The notes beneath the pieces were generated by a model. It saw nothing but the letters and a program-made list of their open reading frames with translations. It was not told the DNA's origin and did no database searches. From positions 1-64,000 of the IMG/VR virus record IMGVR_UViG_3300005532_000006: 64,000 bases of DNA, one strand, 5' to 3'. How positions within the stretch are numbered: position 1 is the stretch's first letter; every line of letters starts with the position of its first letter. The DNA comes from a virus. The position numbers and the translations under genes are program-made. This document shows positions 16,629 through 26,720 of this stretch, in pieces.

Positions 16629-17128
16629 TGCCCGGCCGCCTTCCGTGCCGCCGCCTGCTGCGCCGCGACGGCCTGCGCCGGCTTGGTCAGCCCGGAGAGG
16701 TCGTTGGCGTAGGTGACGAGCGTCTGTATCTGCGTCGCGCTCGGCAGCGTCCCCGCGGTCGCGAGGGCGCAGGTATCCTGGATCGCGACATAGCCGATGT
16801 TGTCCGCCGTCATGACCGCGCTCGGCAGTTGCGGCGCCAGCACCAAGGCAAGCTGCACGAGGCTGTGCACGGTGTTGTCGAAGCCGCACATCGCCTTCAC
16901 GTCGTCGACCCCGATCCCGAGCTTGGCGTTTACCTTCTGGATCGCCGCCTGGGCCTTCGGGGCGAGGCCGTTCAGCCAGGCCAGGACGCCCTGGCCGGAT
17001 GGGGATTGCGCCAATTGCTGGGCGATCTGCTCGTACGACAGAACGTCGTTCTTCCCGGTCTGCGAGAGTGTGCAGGCGGCGGCCATCAGGGCGAGCGCCA
17101 GCGGCGCCACCTTCAGCAGCTTGGTCAT
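16625..17128 (-). CDS. Putative lipoprotein
   Basis: MTKLLKVAPLALALMAAAC lipobox-like. Confidence 0.7.
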   Translation of the reverse strand: MTKLLKVAPLALALMAAACTLSQTGKNDVLSYEQIAQQLAQSPSGQGVLAWLNGLAPKAQAAIQKVNAKLGIGVDDVKAMCGFDNTVHSLVQLALVLAPQLPSAVMTADNIGYVAIQDTCALATAGTLPSATQIQTLVTYANDLSGLTKPAQAVAAQQAAARKAAGQ

Positions 17129-17171
17129 CGAGGCGTCTCCTTGGGAAATCGTCGGCGGGCGACGGCGTTTG

Positions 17172-17681
17172 CTACGCGGGCGGCTGCCCCGCCAGGATCG
17201 CGGCTTCGCGCGCGCCGGTCAGCAGCGCGGCCGCGACGAGCGCGTCGAGTCCGGCCTTAGTCTTCGCCGCAGCAAGGTCGATGCTGTCGGCCGCCTCGGC
17301 GGTGATCAGCCAAACATTGACGGCATCGTTGGTTCGGGCGGCACCTGAGATCGCCACCAGCTCCGCTGTCGTGAACAGCGACAGAAAGACCGAGCGCGAG
17401 ACGATCTTCGTCACCGGCGCGGCCGGTGCGGGCACGGGTTGGTTGCCCGCCGCAAGCCACTCCTGGTAGCAGCGCCACATCGGGTTGTCGGGTGCGTTCG
17501 GGATGACTGCTCCGGTCGCGAGAAACACGACGGCGCCTTGCGCGGTCGCCTGGTATGCGCCGGCCCCCGGATGGGCTTCGCACGGCCCCGGCGGCAGCGG
17601 CGCCTGCGGTGTTGCGGGAGCCTGCGCAGCCGCGGGAGACCCCAGCAGCACGAGCGCCACGAGCGGGGCAAGCCGTTTCAT
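17172..17681 (-). CDS. Tail-fibre-assembly-like protein with signal-like N-terminus
   Basis: IPNAPDNPMWRCYQEWLAAGNQP motif typical of fibre chaperones. Confidence 0.6.
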   Translation of the reverse strand: MKRLAPLVALVLLGSPAAAQAPATPQAPLPPGPCEAHPGAGAYQATAQGAVVFLATGAVIPNAPDNPMWRCYQEWLAAGNQPVPAPAAPVTKIVSRSVFLSLFTTAELVAISGAARTNDAVNVWLITAEAADSIDLAAAKTKAGLDALVAAALLTGAREAAILAGQPPA

Positions 17682-17698
17682 CGTCGCGCGCTCCCGTC

Positions 17699-19024
17699 TC
17701 AGTGCACCGCGACCGAGCCGTTGGCGGCCGGCGGCGAGGTCATCAGCACCAGCCCAGTCCCCGGCTGCATCGTGATCGTGCCGGTCATTCGCAACCCGTT
17801 CATCCGCCAGTAGACGGTCGAGCCGAGATTGTAGGTGGCAACCGCGCCGCCCGGAGGGTTGACCAGGACCAGGGCGTTGGCGAACTGGCGGCTGTAGATG
17901 CCGCCGCTGACGGAATAGGGTCCCTGCGCCGGGCCGTGGTTCAGATACCACCACGGCGAGAGGCCATAGTCCTCGTACTGCGCGACGTGGTAGGCCGACA
18001 GCGCGAGATAGGTATGGTTGCCCTTGATCAGCATGTCGCTGGCGATGACGAATTCCAGCGCTTCCGCGCCCGGTTGCGACGGCGCCGAGTGGCAGTTGCC
18101 GCCGCCGCCGCCGGCGATGTCGGTCATGTAGTTGTTATCGACATAGCCGGGAATGCTGAGGGTCGCGAGCACCGCGAACAGGATCTGCCAGTAATTGTCC
18201 TGCGTATCCCAGGGGCCGCAGGCGAACCACCAGCCGTCTTCGTTGAACCAGACATCGAGCTGCTTCGCGATGGTCACGACATCGCTGGCGTGCTGCGCCG
18301 AAAAGCCCAAATTGCCCATCAGGCAGGTATTGGGATTGACCCCTTCGATGGCCACCCGCACCGTCTGCACCCAAGAAGCGACATCGGCGACGTACTGCGG
18401 ATCGCCGGCCCCGCCGGTGAATCGCTGCGTGAAGGTGCCACCGCCGCCCTCGCAGGTCGTGCCGGCAGAGAGCGCCACCGAGCAGGTGCCATAGTAGCCC
18501 CAGGTATTGACCGCATCGAGATTATCGAGCGAGATCGAGTTGTAGCCGTAGCGGACCTCGCTCAGGATATAGGCGAGCTCGACCTGCTGGCACTCCGATT
18601 TCCAGAACGCGAACGGCACCGACGGCGCGTCGGGCGGGCCGCCGAACATGTAGGCGATCGTCTTGTGGTCGCTCTGGTAGACGATGCAGCCGGGATGGTT
18701 GGCCTGCCACCACGACAGCGAATTGCCGGGGTGGTAATCGACCGCGAACGTCGTATAGGCCGAGGACCACACTCCTTGCGGCAGGGTTGGACTCGGCGGC
18801 CCAAGGCCGTTATCCGACGCCCATGTCATGTCGCGGTTGATCAGGGCCGAGGCATCGCTCATCGCGTAATCGAAGACCTGCATGCGCCCGAGCCGGTTCG
18901 TCGTATCCGCCGGGAGCGTGCAGGCGCCCGCGACCTCGATCGGTCCGACGAGGCAGGCGAGAAATCCGAGCGCGGCGGCGATCCGCCGCCAAGCCTTACG
19001 GCCCAGAGGGCGCGTTCTCTGCAT
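17699..19024 (-). CDS. Putative secreted glycoside hydrolase (GHL15-like)
   Basis: Signal peptide; YNSISLDN; C-terminal GIYSRQFANALVLVNP. Confidence 0.65.
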   Translation of the reverse strand: MQRTRPLGRKAWRRIAAALGFLACLVGPIEVAGACTLPADTTNRLGRMQVFDYAMSDASALINRDMTWASDNGLGPPSPTLPQGVWSSAYTTFAVDYHPGNSLSWWQANHPGCIVYQSDHKTIAYMFGGPPDAPSVPFAFWKSECQQVELAYILSEVRYGYNSISLDNLDAVNTWGYYGTCSVALSAGTTCEGGGGTFTQRFTGGAGDPQYVADVASWVQTVRVAIEGVNPNTCLMGNLGFSAQHASDVVTIAKQLDVWFNEDGWWFACGPWDTQDNYWQILFAVLATLSIPGYVDNNYMTDIAGGGGGNCHSAPSQPGAEALEFVIASDMLIKGNHTYLALSAYHVAQYEDYGLSPWWYLNHGPAQGPYSVSGGIYSRQFANALVLVNPPGGAVATYNLGSTVYWRMNGLRMTGTITMQPGTGLVLMTSPPAANGSVAVH

Positions 19025-19229
19025 CGCTGCGCTCCTTGCCGAGGTGATGGCGGATGATCTGGCAGCCGGCCGGGACGGTCTGGCCGGGGCCGAGCCGGGT
19101 CGGGGCTTGCCCGCCGCAGTGAACCCAGATTTCGACGCGGGGCGGCGTCGGCTCCGCAGCGATGGCGCGTTCGGCGACGGCGGCCAACGCCGCCGCGGCG
19201 AGCGTCATGACGATGACCCGGCGCATCAC
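18996..19229 (-). CDS. Small secreted hypothetical protein
   Basis: Signal-like N-terminus; overlaps neighbouring genes. Confidence 0.5.
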   Translation of the reverse strand: MMRRVIVMTLAAAALAAVAERAIAAEPTPPRVEIWVHCGGQAPTRLGPGQTVPAGCQIIRHHLGKERSDAENAPSGP

Positions 19230-19819
19230 GGATGCCCCGCGCAGTATTTGACCGACCAGGAGATGCCGTAGCGCGACCCCGCCGCCCCGCCGACGGCCTT
19301 GTAGAGCACCCAGAAGCTGCCGCCGTTGACCTCGACGGCGTGGCTCGGATCGGCATCGACGAGCAGGTTCTGACCCGGCGTCACCACGCCGCCGACGGCG
19401 GTATTCTGCGTCTCGTAGTTAAGGTAGACCGTATCGCTCGACCCGGCCGGAGGCGCCGTGGCGACCCACACCGTGAGGTCGTAGAGCCAGCCGATCCCCT
19501 CGGGCAACGTCACCGCGACGGCGCCCGAGCCGCCGCTGTAGCCGGCGAGGCCGAAATAGGCCGGGCTGGTGTCGGGGCCGAGCGGAGGCTGCATCGGGTC
19601 GGAATGACCGAAGATGGTCTGGCAGATGTTCGGAGCCGGCGCGACGCAGCTGTCCGCGAGGGTGGTCTGCGGCCCGGCGACGAGCACGTCGCCGGGATTG
19701 ACCGTGCCGGTCTGCGGGCACGGTGCGATCGACTGCGCATGGCCGAGCGGGGCAGCGAGCCACAAAAGGCCGAACGCCAGCACAACGCATTGCAGCGCCG
19801 CCCGAAGCGGTCTGTTCAT
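19226..19819 (-). CDS. Secreted hypothetical protein
   Basis: MNRPLRAALQCVVLAFGLLWLAAPLGHAQ signal peptide. Confidence 0.65.
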   Translation of the reverse strand: MNRPLRAALQCVVLAFGLLWLAAPLGHAQSIAPCPQTGTVNPGDVLVAGPQTTLADSCVAPAPNICQTIFGHSDPMQPPLGPDTSPAYFGLAGYSGGSGAVAVTLPEGIGWLYDLTVWVATAPPAGSSDTVYLNYETQNTAVGGVVTPGQNLLVDADPSHAVEVNGGSFWVLYKAVGGAAGSRYGISWSVKYCAGHP

Positions 19820-19842
19820 GCCAGGGTTTCTCCCGGTTCGGT

Positions 19843-21495
19843 TTAGGCGCCGCTGTTGCGGCAGTCGGCGGCCCAGTGGTAGCCGAAGAATGAGACCGTC
19901 CCGGCCGACGCGGTGGAGTTGATGTGCGCCGCCGTCTGTCCGATCAAGCCGGTGTTGAAATTGACATCGGTATTGTTCTGGAAGTCGCGCACTTTGCCGG
20001 ACGCGCCGGTCGTAGGACTCCAGATCGTCAACGTCGGGTCGCACACCTTGCGGGATTTGAAGTAGATCGGCACTCCCATTCCCGCCGAAGCAGACGAATA
20101 TAATTCGGCGACGCCGTTTGTGGTCACCGTCGCCGGCGCGACGCCGTTGTCGTAGCTCGTCTCAAAGAAAGCCTGGTTCCACGCCGCATCAAAGGCCGGC
20201 GGAGCGACTTCCATCGGTGGCGGATTGGCGTTGAGCCCGGTCGCCACGTTGGGGGTTGCACGACAGTCCATGCCGCCAAGCGCGATGAAATTCGGGCTCG
20301 TGATCGCGGTGTTGAGGTCGAGATCGATCGACAGGCCAAGGCCGCTGGCGTTGTTGGCGGCGAAGGTATAGGCGACGGTCGCCACCTGCGTAGCCGGGAC
20401 GGTTTGCAGGCTGACGGCGCTGACATCTGTTGCGTTGCTGCCGAAGCTGTCCTGTCCGGCGGTCGCCCGCTTGACCGTCAACTTCGGCGTAACCGCCGTC
20501 GAAAGCGAGTTGTAGAGCAAGAACTGGCAGGTGACGTTCTGGCCCGCCAGTTGCGCCGCCGTCTGGCTGTAGATCGGGAAGCGCAACACGATGTCGGTGA
20601 CGCTCGACGCCGGCACCAGGGCCATCGCCCAATAAGCCTGCGGCGGCGAGAAGTAAGTGGTGGCGGTCCCCTGCTGCGCGCTGACCGATCCGCCGGTCGG
20701 GACGATGTAGACGCCCTCGGGCCCCCAGCCGCCCGAAGTCGTGACCGTTGGAGTGGTGCCGCCGTACCACTGTGACAGGCTCGAATTGCGTAGCTTGTTG
20801 ACGAAGCCCCGGATCGGCGTCGCCGGATAGAGCGTCCCGGCGTTCGCGGTGAATCCCGTGGCCGCCAGCGGCACGCTGGTCGGAGCGGCGGAGGAGGAAT
20901 TGGGGTTGCCGTAGAGCGAAAACCCCGGCAGTGAGGTGAGCGGCGCGAGGCCGCTGTCCTGGAACTGCCCAGATGTGGACGAGGCGGTCGGCAGATGGCC
21001 GATCGTGAACGAGCCGGTATAGGTCGCGAGGCTGCTGCCCTGCACAAAAGCGCGGGTGAATGCCACCCAGTTCGCCGTCGCCCCATGGCAGCGCCAGACG
21101 ATGGCCTGCCCGTTGAAATTGAGGGCTTCGCTCGCGCCCCCGTCGATGGTCCCGCCGGAGGGGGTGACCGTGTCGTTGTACGCCCCGGCGTTCAGCGCCT
21201 CATCGGCAACCGCGAAATAGTGCCCGTCATTGGTCGAATTGCACGCGGGGGCGGAAATCGCCGTGGCGCCGGGAGAACCCGAGGCGACGACGTAAAGTAT
21301 CTGCCCAAGCGAAACCGATCCTGCGGTTCCCGATTGCAGTTGCGCCGTCGCGAGGATCGGCACCAGCCCGTCGTAGGAGGTCTGGAACGGCACCGGGGTC
21401 TGCGCCGCGACCGGCAGGGAGGCGAGTAGCGCCGAGAGGATGGGCGCGAGAAGCCGGCGCAGCCCTCTCGGCGCCGCGAAGTGCGGCGTGAGCAT
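19843..21495 (-). CDS. Tail fibre-like protein
   Basis: Thr/Ser/Gly-rich beta protein; VNKLRN and QAFFETSYD resemble fibre-tip modules. Confidence 0.65.
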   Translation of the reverse strand: MLTPHFAAPRGLRRLLAPILSALLASLPVAAQTPVPFQTSYDGLVPILATAQLQSGTAGSVSLGQILYVVASGSPGATAISAPACNSTNDGHYFAVADEALNAGAYNDTVTPSGGTIDGGASEALNFNGQAIVWRCHGATANWVAFTRAFVQGSSLATYTGSFTIGHLPTASSTSGQFQDSGLAPLTSLPGFSLYGNPNSSSAAPTSVPLAATGFTANAGTLYPATPIRGFVNKLRNSSLSQWYGGTTPTVTTSGGWGPEGVYIVPTGGSVSAQQGTATTYFSPPQAYWAMALVPASSVTDIVLRFPIYSQTAAQLAGQNVTCQFLLYNSLSTAVTPKLTVKRATAGQDSFGSNATDVSAVSLQTVPATQVATVAYTFAANNASGLGLSIDLDLNTAITSPNFIALGGMDCRATPNVATGLNANPPPMEVAPPAFDAAWNQAFFETSYDNGVAPATVTTNGVAELYSSASAGMGVPIYFKSRKVCDPTLTIWSPTTGASGKVRDFQNNTDVNFNTGLIGQTAAHINSTASAGTVSFFGYHWAADCRNSGA

Positions 21496-21513
21496 CTGGT
21501 CTGTTCTCCGGCT

Positions 21514-22089
21514 TTAGGGGATCGTGACGGGCTGCGTCGGCCAGGTCCCGCCGTGGCCGCCAAGCATCGAGGCTTGCGCCTGGATCAGGTCGTAGACGTA
21601 GGTTTCGAGCGCCGCCGCCAGATTAAGGAAGTCGGCGTTGCCGATCGCGTGCGCGGCTCCGGAGGCGTCGTAAAGGTTGAAGGTCGAGCCGCCGCCGGGC
21701 AGGCCCTTGCCGTTGCCGATACCCGCCGCGATCGCGGTGATCTTGCCGATGCTGGCGTCATCGATCGCGTAGGCAGCATCAAGGCTTGGCGTCGCGGTCG
21801 AGGAGATGCGGCACCCGGCCGCCTTCAGAACGGCGTATTGGTCGGCGATCGAGACCTCGCCCCAACCCGTCCAGCCCGCTGCCTGGATCGCTGCGGCGGT
21901 CGCGCCAGCCTTCGCCAGCACGTCCGCGAGTTCGCCGTCGGTGGCGATGCGGCTCGGGAGGTTTCCCGCGGCGAGCCAGGCCTCATACCCCGCATCGGTG
22001 AGTGCGACATAACCGGGGCCGGCGCTGGAAAAGACGAGGTCGCTCTTGTTGCCGACCAGCCAGTACCAGGAGAGCGGTGTATAGGCCAT
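21514..22089 (-). CDS. Tail fibre-associated protein (DUF4376-like)
   Basis: YEAWLAAGNLP motif; follows the fibre gene. Confidence 0.65.
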   Translation of the reverse strand: MAYTPLSWYWLVGNKSDLVFSSAGPGYVALTDAGYEAWLAAGNLPSRIATDGELADVLAKAGATAAAIQAAGWTGWGEVSIADQYAVLKAAGCRISSTATPSLDAAYAIDDASIGKITAIAAGIGNGKGLPGGGSTFNLYDASGAAHAIGNADFLNLAAALETYVYDLIQAQASMLGGHGGTWPTQPVTIP

Positions 22090-22102
22090 CTCTCGCTCTC
22101 CT

Positions 22103-23776
22103 CTAGTTGTAGACGCTGGTGGCGTCGACCGCGCCCGCCGTCGAGCCCGGCAGGAAGCTCGCGCCGCCGCCGTCGGTCTTGATGTACGACTGCACCGCCG
22201 CGTTGTAGCGCTGCCCGGTCGCGCCGCCGGAGAAGGTCACGTACGCGGCGCTCAGCTGCACGAAGGACTGGTAGTTCAGCGATATGAAGGTTGTGAAGGC
22301 GGGCGTGCCGGTCAGCGTGATCGTGCACACGGTGGCCTCCGGCGCGTAGAAGCTGCCGTTGCCGCCGTTGACGTGCTGTCCTGCATTGCCGTTGATCGTG
22401 TAACCGGTGGCCAGTTCGACGGTGCCGCCCTGCGTCAGATAGATCTGGTTGACCGCGGCCCCAAAGGCGATGCCGGTCGAATTGAGCAGGATGAAGCCGC
22501 CGGCCCCGATCTGGACGCAGGATGCCGAACCGCCGCCGGTCGAGCTGAGCTGCACCGTCCCCGTGATCTGGATCGCCGCGTTGACAGCGCTGATGCAGTA
22601 GGTGGAGACGGCGCTCAGGGCAATTGAGGAACTCGACGTGAAGTTCCAGATTTCGCCGACCGAAGGCAGGCCGGAAATCGTGCCCGACGCCAGGAGGCCG
22701 GCAGTGAAAGCGCCGGTGCACTGGAAAGTGAGGCTGTAGACGCCGCCGCCATCGAAATGCGAGAACGCGTAGTTGCGCGCGGCCTGAAGCGTGCGGAACG
22801 GCTTTGCCGAGGTACCGTCTGCAGTCGAGTCGTTGCCGGTCGAGGCGTTGACGTAAATCGTCGTATTGGCGGTGAGGCGGGTGCGGTTGCCGCCGCCGAC
22901 CCATTTCGCGGTCAGTGCATTGCCGGTCTGGCTGCACACCCACATCAGGCCATCTGTCGTGTCCCAGCAGAAGTTCGGGGCGTAGCTCGGCCCGACCGTG
23001 CCGACGACGGTGCCGGCGAGGTTGCCGTTCGGATTGCCGGCGTAGGTCCCGACCGTCGGCTTCTGCGTCAGGCCGGCGAGGAAGGGCGCCTGCGGGTAAT
23101 TGCTCGGGGTGTTGCTGCCCTGCGACGGACCGGCGACGAGTATCTGGTTGGCGTTGACCTGCGTCTGGCCGAAGGTCAGGTCGATCAGGTAAAGCCCGAC
23201 CGCACCGCCCGGCGCGTTCGGTGGCACTTCCGAACCCGTGGTCGCGACCGTGCCGTAGGTGACGCCGATCGTGCACACACCCTGCCGGCGGGTGTTCTGC
23301 AAGGTGTTGTTGTTGTTCGGACCGCTGTACGGCGCGCCGGTCGGGTTGACGGTGTTGAGGTAATAGAGGAGGCCACCGGTCGGATCGTCGGACGGGATTG
23401 AATCTGCCTGGCTGAACGAGGCGGTGATCAGGGCATAGCGAGACTGGCCGGCACCGAGGCCGGAGGTCGAGAGCAGCACGGTCTGCGCGACCGCGAAGCC
23501 CTGCATCATCGTCTGCGTCGTATCCGGGTTCAGCGAGCCGTAAGCGGTCGTATCGAGCTGCGCCAGCTGGTAGATGTCGCCGGCCGCAAGATTGATCGTC
23601 AGGCTGGCGGGAGCGGTCGGCGTCGCGCCGAGGCCGGTGACGACGGTGCCGGTGCTGCCCAGGAGGTCCGCGAGGCTCTGAGAGCGGGCGTACTCGTTGC
23701 CGCGCCAGGCCCAGAGATGGTCGTAGTCCCTGACCATCGACTGGTCGTAGATGATCGGTCGCCCGTAGATGCCCAC
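22103..23776 (-). CDS. Baseplate-anchored tail fibre protein
   Basis: Follows baseplate genes; TIYVNASTGNDSTADGTSAKPFRTLQAA beta-helix start. Confidence 0.8.
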   Translation of the reverse strand: MGIYGRPIIYDQSMVRDYDHLWAWRGNEYARSQSLADLLGSTGTVVTGLGATPTAPASLTINLAAGDIYQLAQLDTTAYGSLNPDTTQTMMQGFAVAQTVLLSTSGLGAGQSRYALITASFSQADSIPSDDPTGGLLYYLNTVNPTGAPYSGPNNNNTLQNTRRQGVCTIGVTYGTVATTGSEVPPNAPGGAVGLYLIDLTFGQTQVNANQILVAGPSQGSNTPSNYPQAPFLAGLTQKPTVGTYAGNPNGNLAGTVVGTVGPSYAPNFCWDTTDGLMWVCSQTGNALTAKWVGGGNRTRLTANTTIYVNASTGNDSTADGTSAKPFRTLQAARNYAFSHFDGGGVYSLTFQCTGAFTAGLLASGTISGLPSVGEIWNFTSSSSIALSAVSTYCISAVNAAIQITGTVQLSSTGGGSASCVQIGAGGFILLNSTGIAFGAAVNQIYLTQGGTVELATGYTINGNAGQHVNGGNGSFYAPEATVCTITLTGTPAFTTFISLNYQSFVQLSAAYVTFSGGATGQRYNAAVQSYIKTDGGGASFLPGSTAGAVDATSVYN

Positions 23777-23871
23777 GCGCGTGCTCCTGCCTTGCCGCGC
23801 GCCGTTTGGCGTGCGGTTTGGTTCAGACGATGTGCGGAAGGCCCGGAGCTAGCCGGGCACAAAGAGACGGG

Positions 23872-24702
23872 TTACGGCGTCAGCGGCCGGCCGCCGCTGT
23901 CGTCGAGCGGTCGGAGGCTGCCGTCGATCAGGAAATCGTAGGCAAGCTGCTCGGTGACGTTGACCGGGTTGAGGAACCTGACCCAGACCGTCGTGCCTTC
24001 GGACTTGAGCCGGTTCACGAGGCCGTAGACGAGCTGCGCCCCAGAGCCGCCGGCGGTGGGGCCGTCCCAATACCAGCCGGCAAAGCCCGAGTTGTTGCCG
24101 TAGAAACCACCGTCGTAAAACGACCACTGCGGCTGCGCCCCGAGGCTCTTGACGGCCGGCAGCGAGCACTCGACGAAGCCCTGGTAGCGGGCGTTGCCGT
24201 TCGAGTAATTGCCCGGCCGCGCCGTCGCATCGACGCCGTAGAAGGCATAGCCGTAGCAGGCGTTATCGCGCGGGTCCCACGGCTCGATCATGCGCACCGG
24301 CGCGCCCGTCAGGGTAGCGACCGCGGCCTGGATGGCGCTCCTCGTATTGGCTGGCGGAAACAGGTTCTGCTGGATGCGCAGCCGGAACGGATCGTCGAGT
24401 TCACCGGGAAGGCGGGGCAGGCTCGGCCCGAGGTAATCCGTCGAGGCGATGTCGAGCCAGCCGCCGGTCGCGGTGGTGATGTAGAGCTGCGCCGTGACGT
24501 ATTGCAGAAACCACCAGATCCAGCCGGCGATGCCGTTGGCCCAGCCGGCGAGATAGGCCTCCAGGACCGGCTCGGGCGTGTCCGTCGCGCCGAGTTCGTC
24601 GCCCGGCTCCGGGAACCAGCCGCGCGGCAGCAGATCCCGCACCCGCCGCAGCATCGATGGCGTGACCGTCGCCGGCGGCAACGGGGTGACCGGAGCGGTC
24701 AT
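23872..24702 (-). CDS. Baseplate wedge protein (gpI-like)
   Basis: TATGGWLD...RLPGELDDPFRLRI. Confidence 0.8.
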   Translation of the reverse strand: MTAPVTPLPPATVTPSMLRRVRDLLPRGWFPEPGDELGATDTPEPVLEAYLAGWANGIAGWIWWFLQYVTAQLYITTATGGWLDIASTDYLGPSLPRLPGELDDPFRLRIQQNLFPPANTRSAIQAAVATLTGAPVRMIEPWDPRDNACYGYAFYGVDATARPGNYSNGNARYQGFVECSLPAVKSLGAQPQWSFYDGGFYGNNSGFAGWYWDGPTAGGSGAQLVYGLVNRLKSEGTTVWVRFLNPVNVTEQLAYDFLIDGSLRPLDDSGGRPLTP

Positions 24703-24706
24703 GGAT

Positions 24707-25063
24707 TCAGGCTCCGAAGGTCTCGCGCTGCGCCTCGCTCAGGTTGGCGCGCCATTCCTCCATCACATCGACCGCTTCGGATGCGGTCGCGGCCTTGCGG
24801 TCGAGCCGCCGGCCACCGGCGGCAAACGCGAGGCCATAGCCCTCGCCTTTCACCGCATTGCGCGTGATCCGGCCGCGGATGTTGCTGAAGGCGTGGCGGT
24901 CGGGGATCGCGAAGACCGCGATCGTCGCCGTCTCGCCGCCGTCCTCACCGCCGCCGAACGACAGCACGATGGCGCCGTTCGGATAATGCGTCTGGTGGAA
25001 GGCTCCGGCGAGCCAGCCGCGCGCCTCCAGCTCGGCGAGGAGCGCATCGTGGCGCACATCCAT
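24707..25063 (-). CDS. Hypothetical protein
   Basis: Fills the gap in the baseplate operon; SD GAGG. Confidence 0.55.
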   Translation of the reverse strand: MDVRHDALLAELEARGWLAGAFHQTHYPNGAIVLSFGGGEDGGETATIAVFAIPDRHAFSNIRGRITRNAVKGEGYGLAFAAGGRRLDRKAATASEAVDVMEEWRANLSEAQRETFGA

Positions 25064-25082
25064 GGCCTCTTTCTCCCGAGCC

Positions 25083-26315
25083 TCAGGCGGCGGCGACCGT
25101 GCCCGGCACGGGCACCTGGATCAGGGTCAGCGCCAGATCGGCATTGGAGCCGTTGATCAGCACCGAGGGGACGCTGACGTTGATGACGCCCGGAACCGAC
25201 AGCGCGACATCGACCGCCGCGGCGACGGACACCGTGATCGGCGTCGGCGCGGTGCCGGCCGGCAGGGTCTGGAGGTAGGCGACCCAGCTCTGCCACATCG
25301 TGTTGAGCCAGTTTGCCCAGGCAGCGTCGACCGCCTGCACCACCGTGCCGTGGTTGAGGCCAGGCGCCGAAGTGATCGTCCCGGATAGGCTCACCGTCAC
25401 GGTCGTGGGGCCGTAGACGCCCTGCGGCCGCACCGTGAACGCCCGAACAGCGTAGATGGCGTTGTAGACGGCGGTCAGGAGGCTCGACGGCGGGTTGTGT
25501 GAGCCGTCGTCGATGACGACGAAGAACGAGCCGTAGTCGGTGCCGAGGCCGGGGTAGTCCTTGTTCTCGACGAGCAGGTAGAACAGCCCCTGCTGGACGT
25601 TGGCGATGGCGCTTTCGATTGCGGTTTCGTCGGCGGAGGGCAATGCCGCGATCGCGAGCTGGAAGCGCTGGCGGAAGGCGTCGTCGTTCTCGGCCGCCAT
25701 GCCGCCGGTAAAGGCGGCGACATTCGTGACCGAGTCGAAATTGCTGATCGTGCCGTCGACGATGGAGGTGATCGTGTTGGCGGCGACGTTGCCGACCGTG
25801 CCCGCATTGACCGCGACCGCCGGGACGATGATGCTCGCGGTGCCGGCCGGGCAGACATAGCTGCCGGTCGCCGGGTTGTAGTAGGCGTTCGCCGTGTCGA
25901 GGGTGACGGTGAAGCCCTGCGTGCCGTCGGCGCTTTGCAATTGCGCCGTGCCCGCCGGGCCGATCGTGACGACACCTTGCAACGATGTGTCGCCCCGCGT
26001 GAAGGTGACGGTCCCGGTGGCGTAGGTCGCCGGCAGGCGGGTGAAGGCGCTCTGGCCGATCGGCAACGGCCACTGCGCCATCCAGCTGTCGAGGTCGGCG
26101 CCGGTGGAGGTCTGGGCCCGCGTCAATGCCAAGAGCCGCAGCCCCATGCGCTGAAACCACAGCGCCATGAAGGACGAGGCCTCGCCGATCGCCAAGCCCA
26201 CAGAGCCGACCGAGAAGTCGAGCGCCGTCTTTGAAGCCGCTTGCGCGGCGGCGGCGAACGATTGGACGAACTGCTGGAACGAGCGGGTAACGATCGTCGG
26301 CAGGGCAATCGCCAT
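25083..26315 (-). CDS. Baseplate J/gp47 family protein
   Basis: STGADLD...ATGTVTF...GTVGNV...TGGMAAENDDAFRQR. Confidence 0.93.
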   Translation of the reverse strand: MAIALPTIVTRSFQQFVQSFAAAAQAASKTALDFSVGSVGLAIGEASSFMALWFQRMGLRLLALTRAQTSTGADLDSWMAQWPLPIGQSAFTRLPATYATGTVTFTRGDTSLQGVVTIGPAGTAQLQSADGTQGFTVTLDTANAYYNPATGSYVCPAGTASIIVPAVAVNAGTVGNVAANTITSIVDGTISNFDSVTNVAAFTGGMAAENDDAFRQRFQLAIAALPSADETAIESAIANVQQGLFYLLVENKDYPGLGTDYGSFFVVIDDGSHNPPSSLLTAVYNAIYAVRAFTVRPQGVYGPTTVTVSLSGTITSAPGLNHGTVVQAVDAAWANWLNTMWQSWVAYLQTLPAGTAPTPITVSVAAAVDVALSVPGVINVSVPSVLINGSNADLALTLIQVPVPGTVAAA

Positions 26316-26318
26316 GAT

Positions 26319-26720
26319 CTACCCGCCGTTGCTGTTGCCGACCGCCGGATTGAACGTGAGCAGCATCGGGGCGCCCGACTCGGCGTCCTGGTACTTGATG
26401 TTGACGATCTGCTCGCCCGACCCGGCGGGGATTTCCTGGATTTCGACCGCCGGCTGCGGCGAGTGCGCCACCGCCGCCTCCTGGTACATCTGCGCCCGGA
26501 CGATGCCGGTGATCGTGCGCACGTTCCGGGTCGAACCGATCTTCTCCGGCAGCCCCGCGCCGTACTCGGGATGCGCCAGCAAGGCACGCTTCGGGGTCAA
26601 GAGACGGCGGATCACCCGCTGCGTGCCGAGCGCGGAGCCGTCAACCGTCTGAAGATCGCCCGAGGGCGTCTGCACCAGATCGGCGGCCCAGCCGTACTGG
26701 CCGATCGAGATGTCGGCCAT
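26319..26720 (-). CDS. Baseplate protein (gp25/gpW-like sheath initiator)
   Basis: QRVIRRLLT...HPEYGAGL. Confidence 0.85.
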   Translation of the reverse strand: MADISIGQYGWAADLVQTPSGDLQTVDGSALGTQRVIRRLLTPKRALLAHPEYGAGLPEKIGSTRNVRTITGIVRAQMYQEAAVAHSPQPAVEIQEIPAGSGEQIVNIKYQDAESGAPMLLTFNPAVGNSNGG

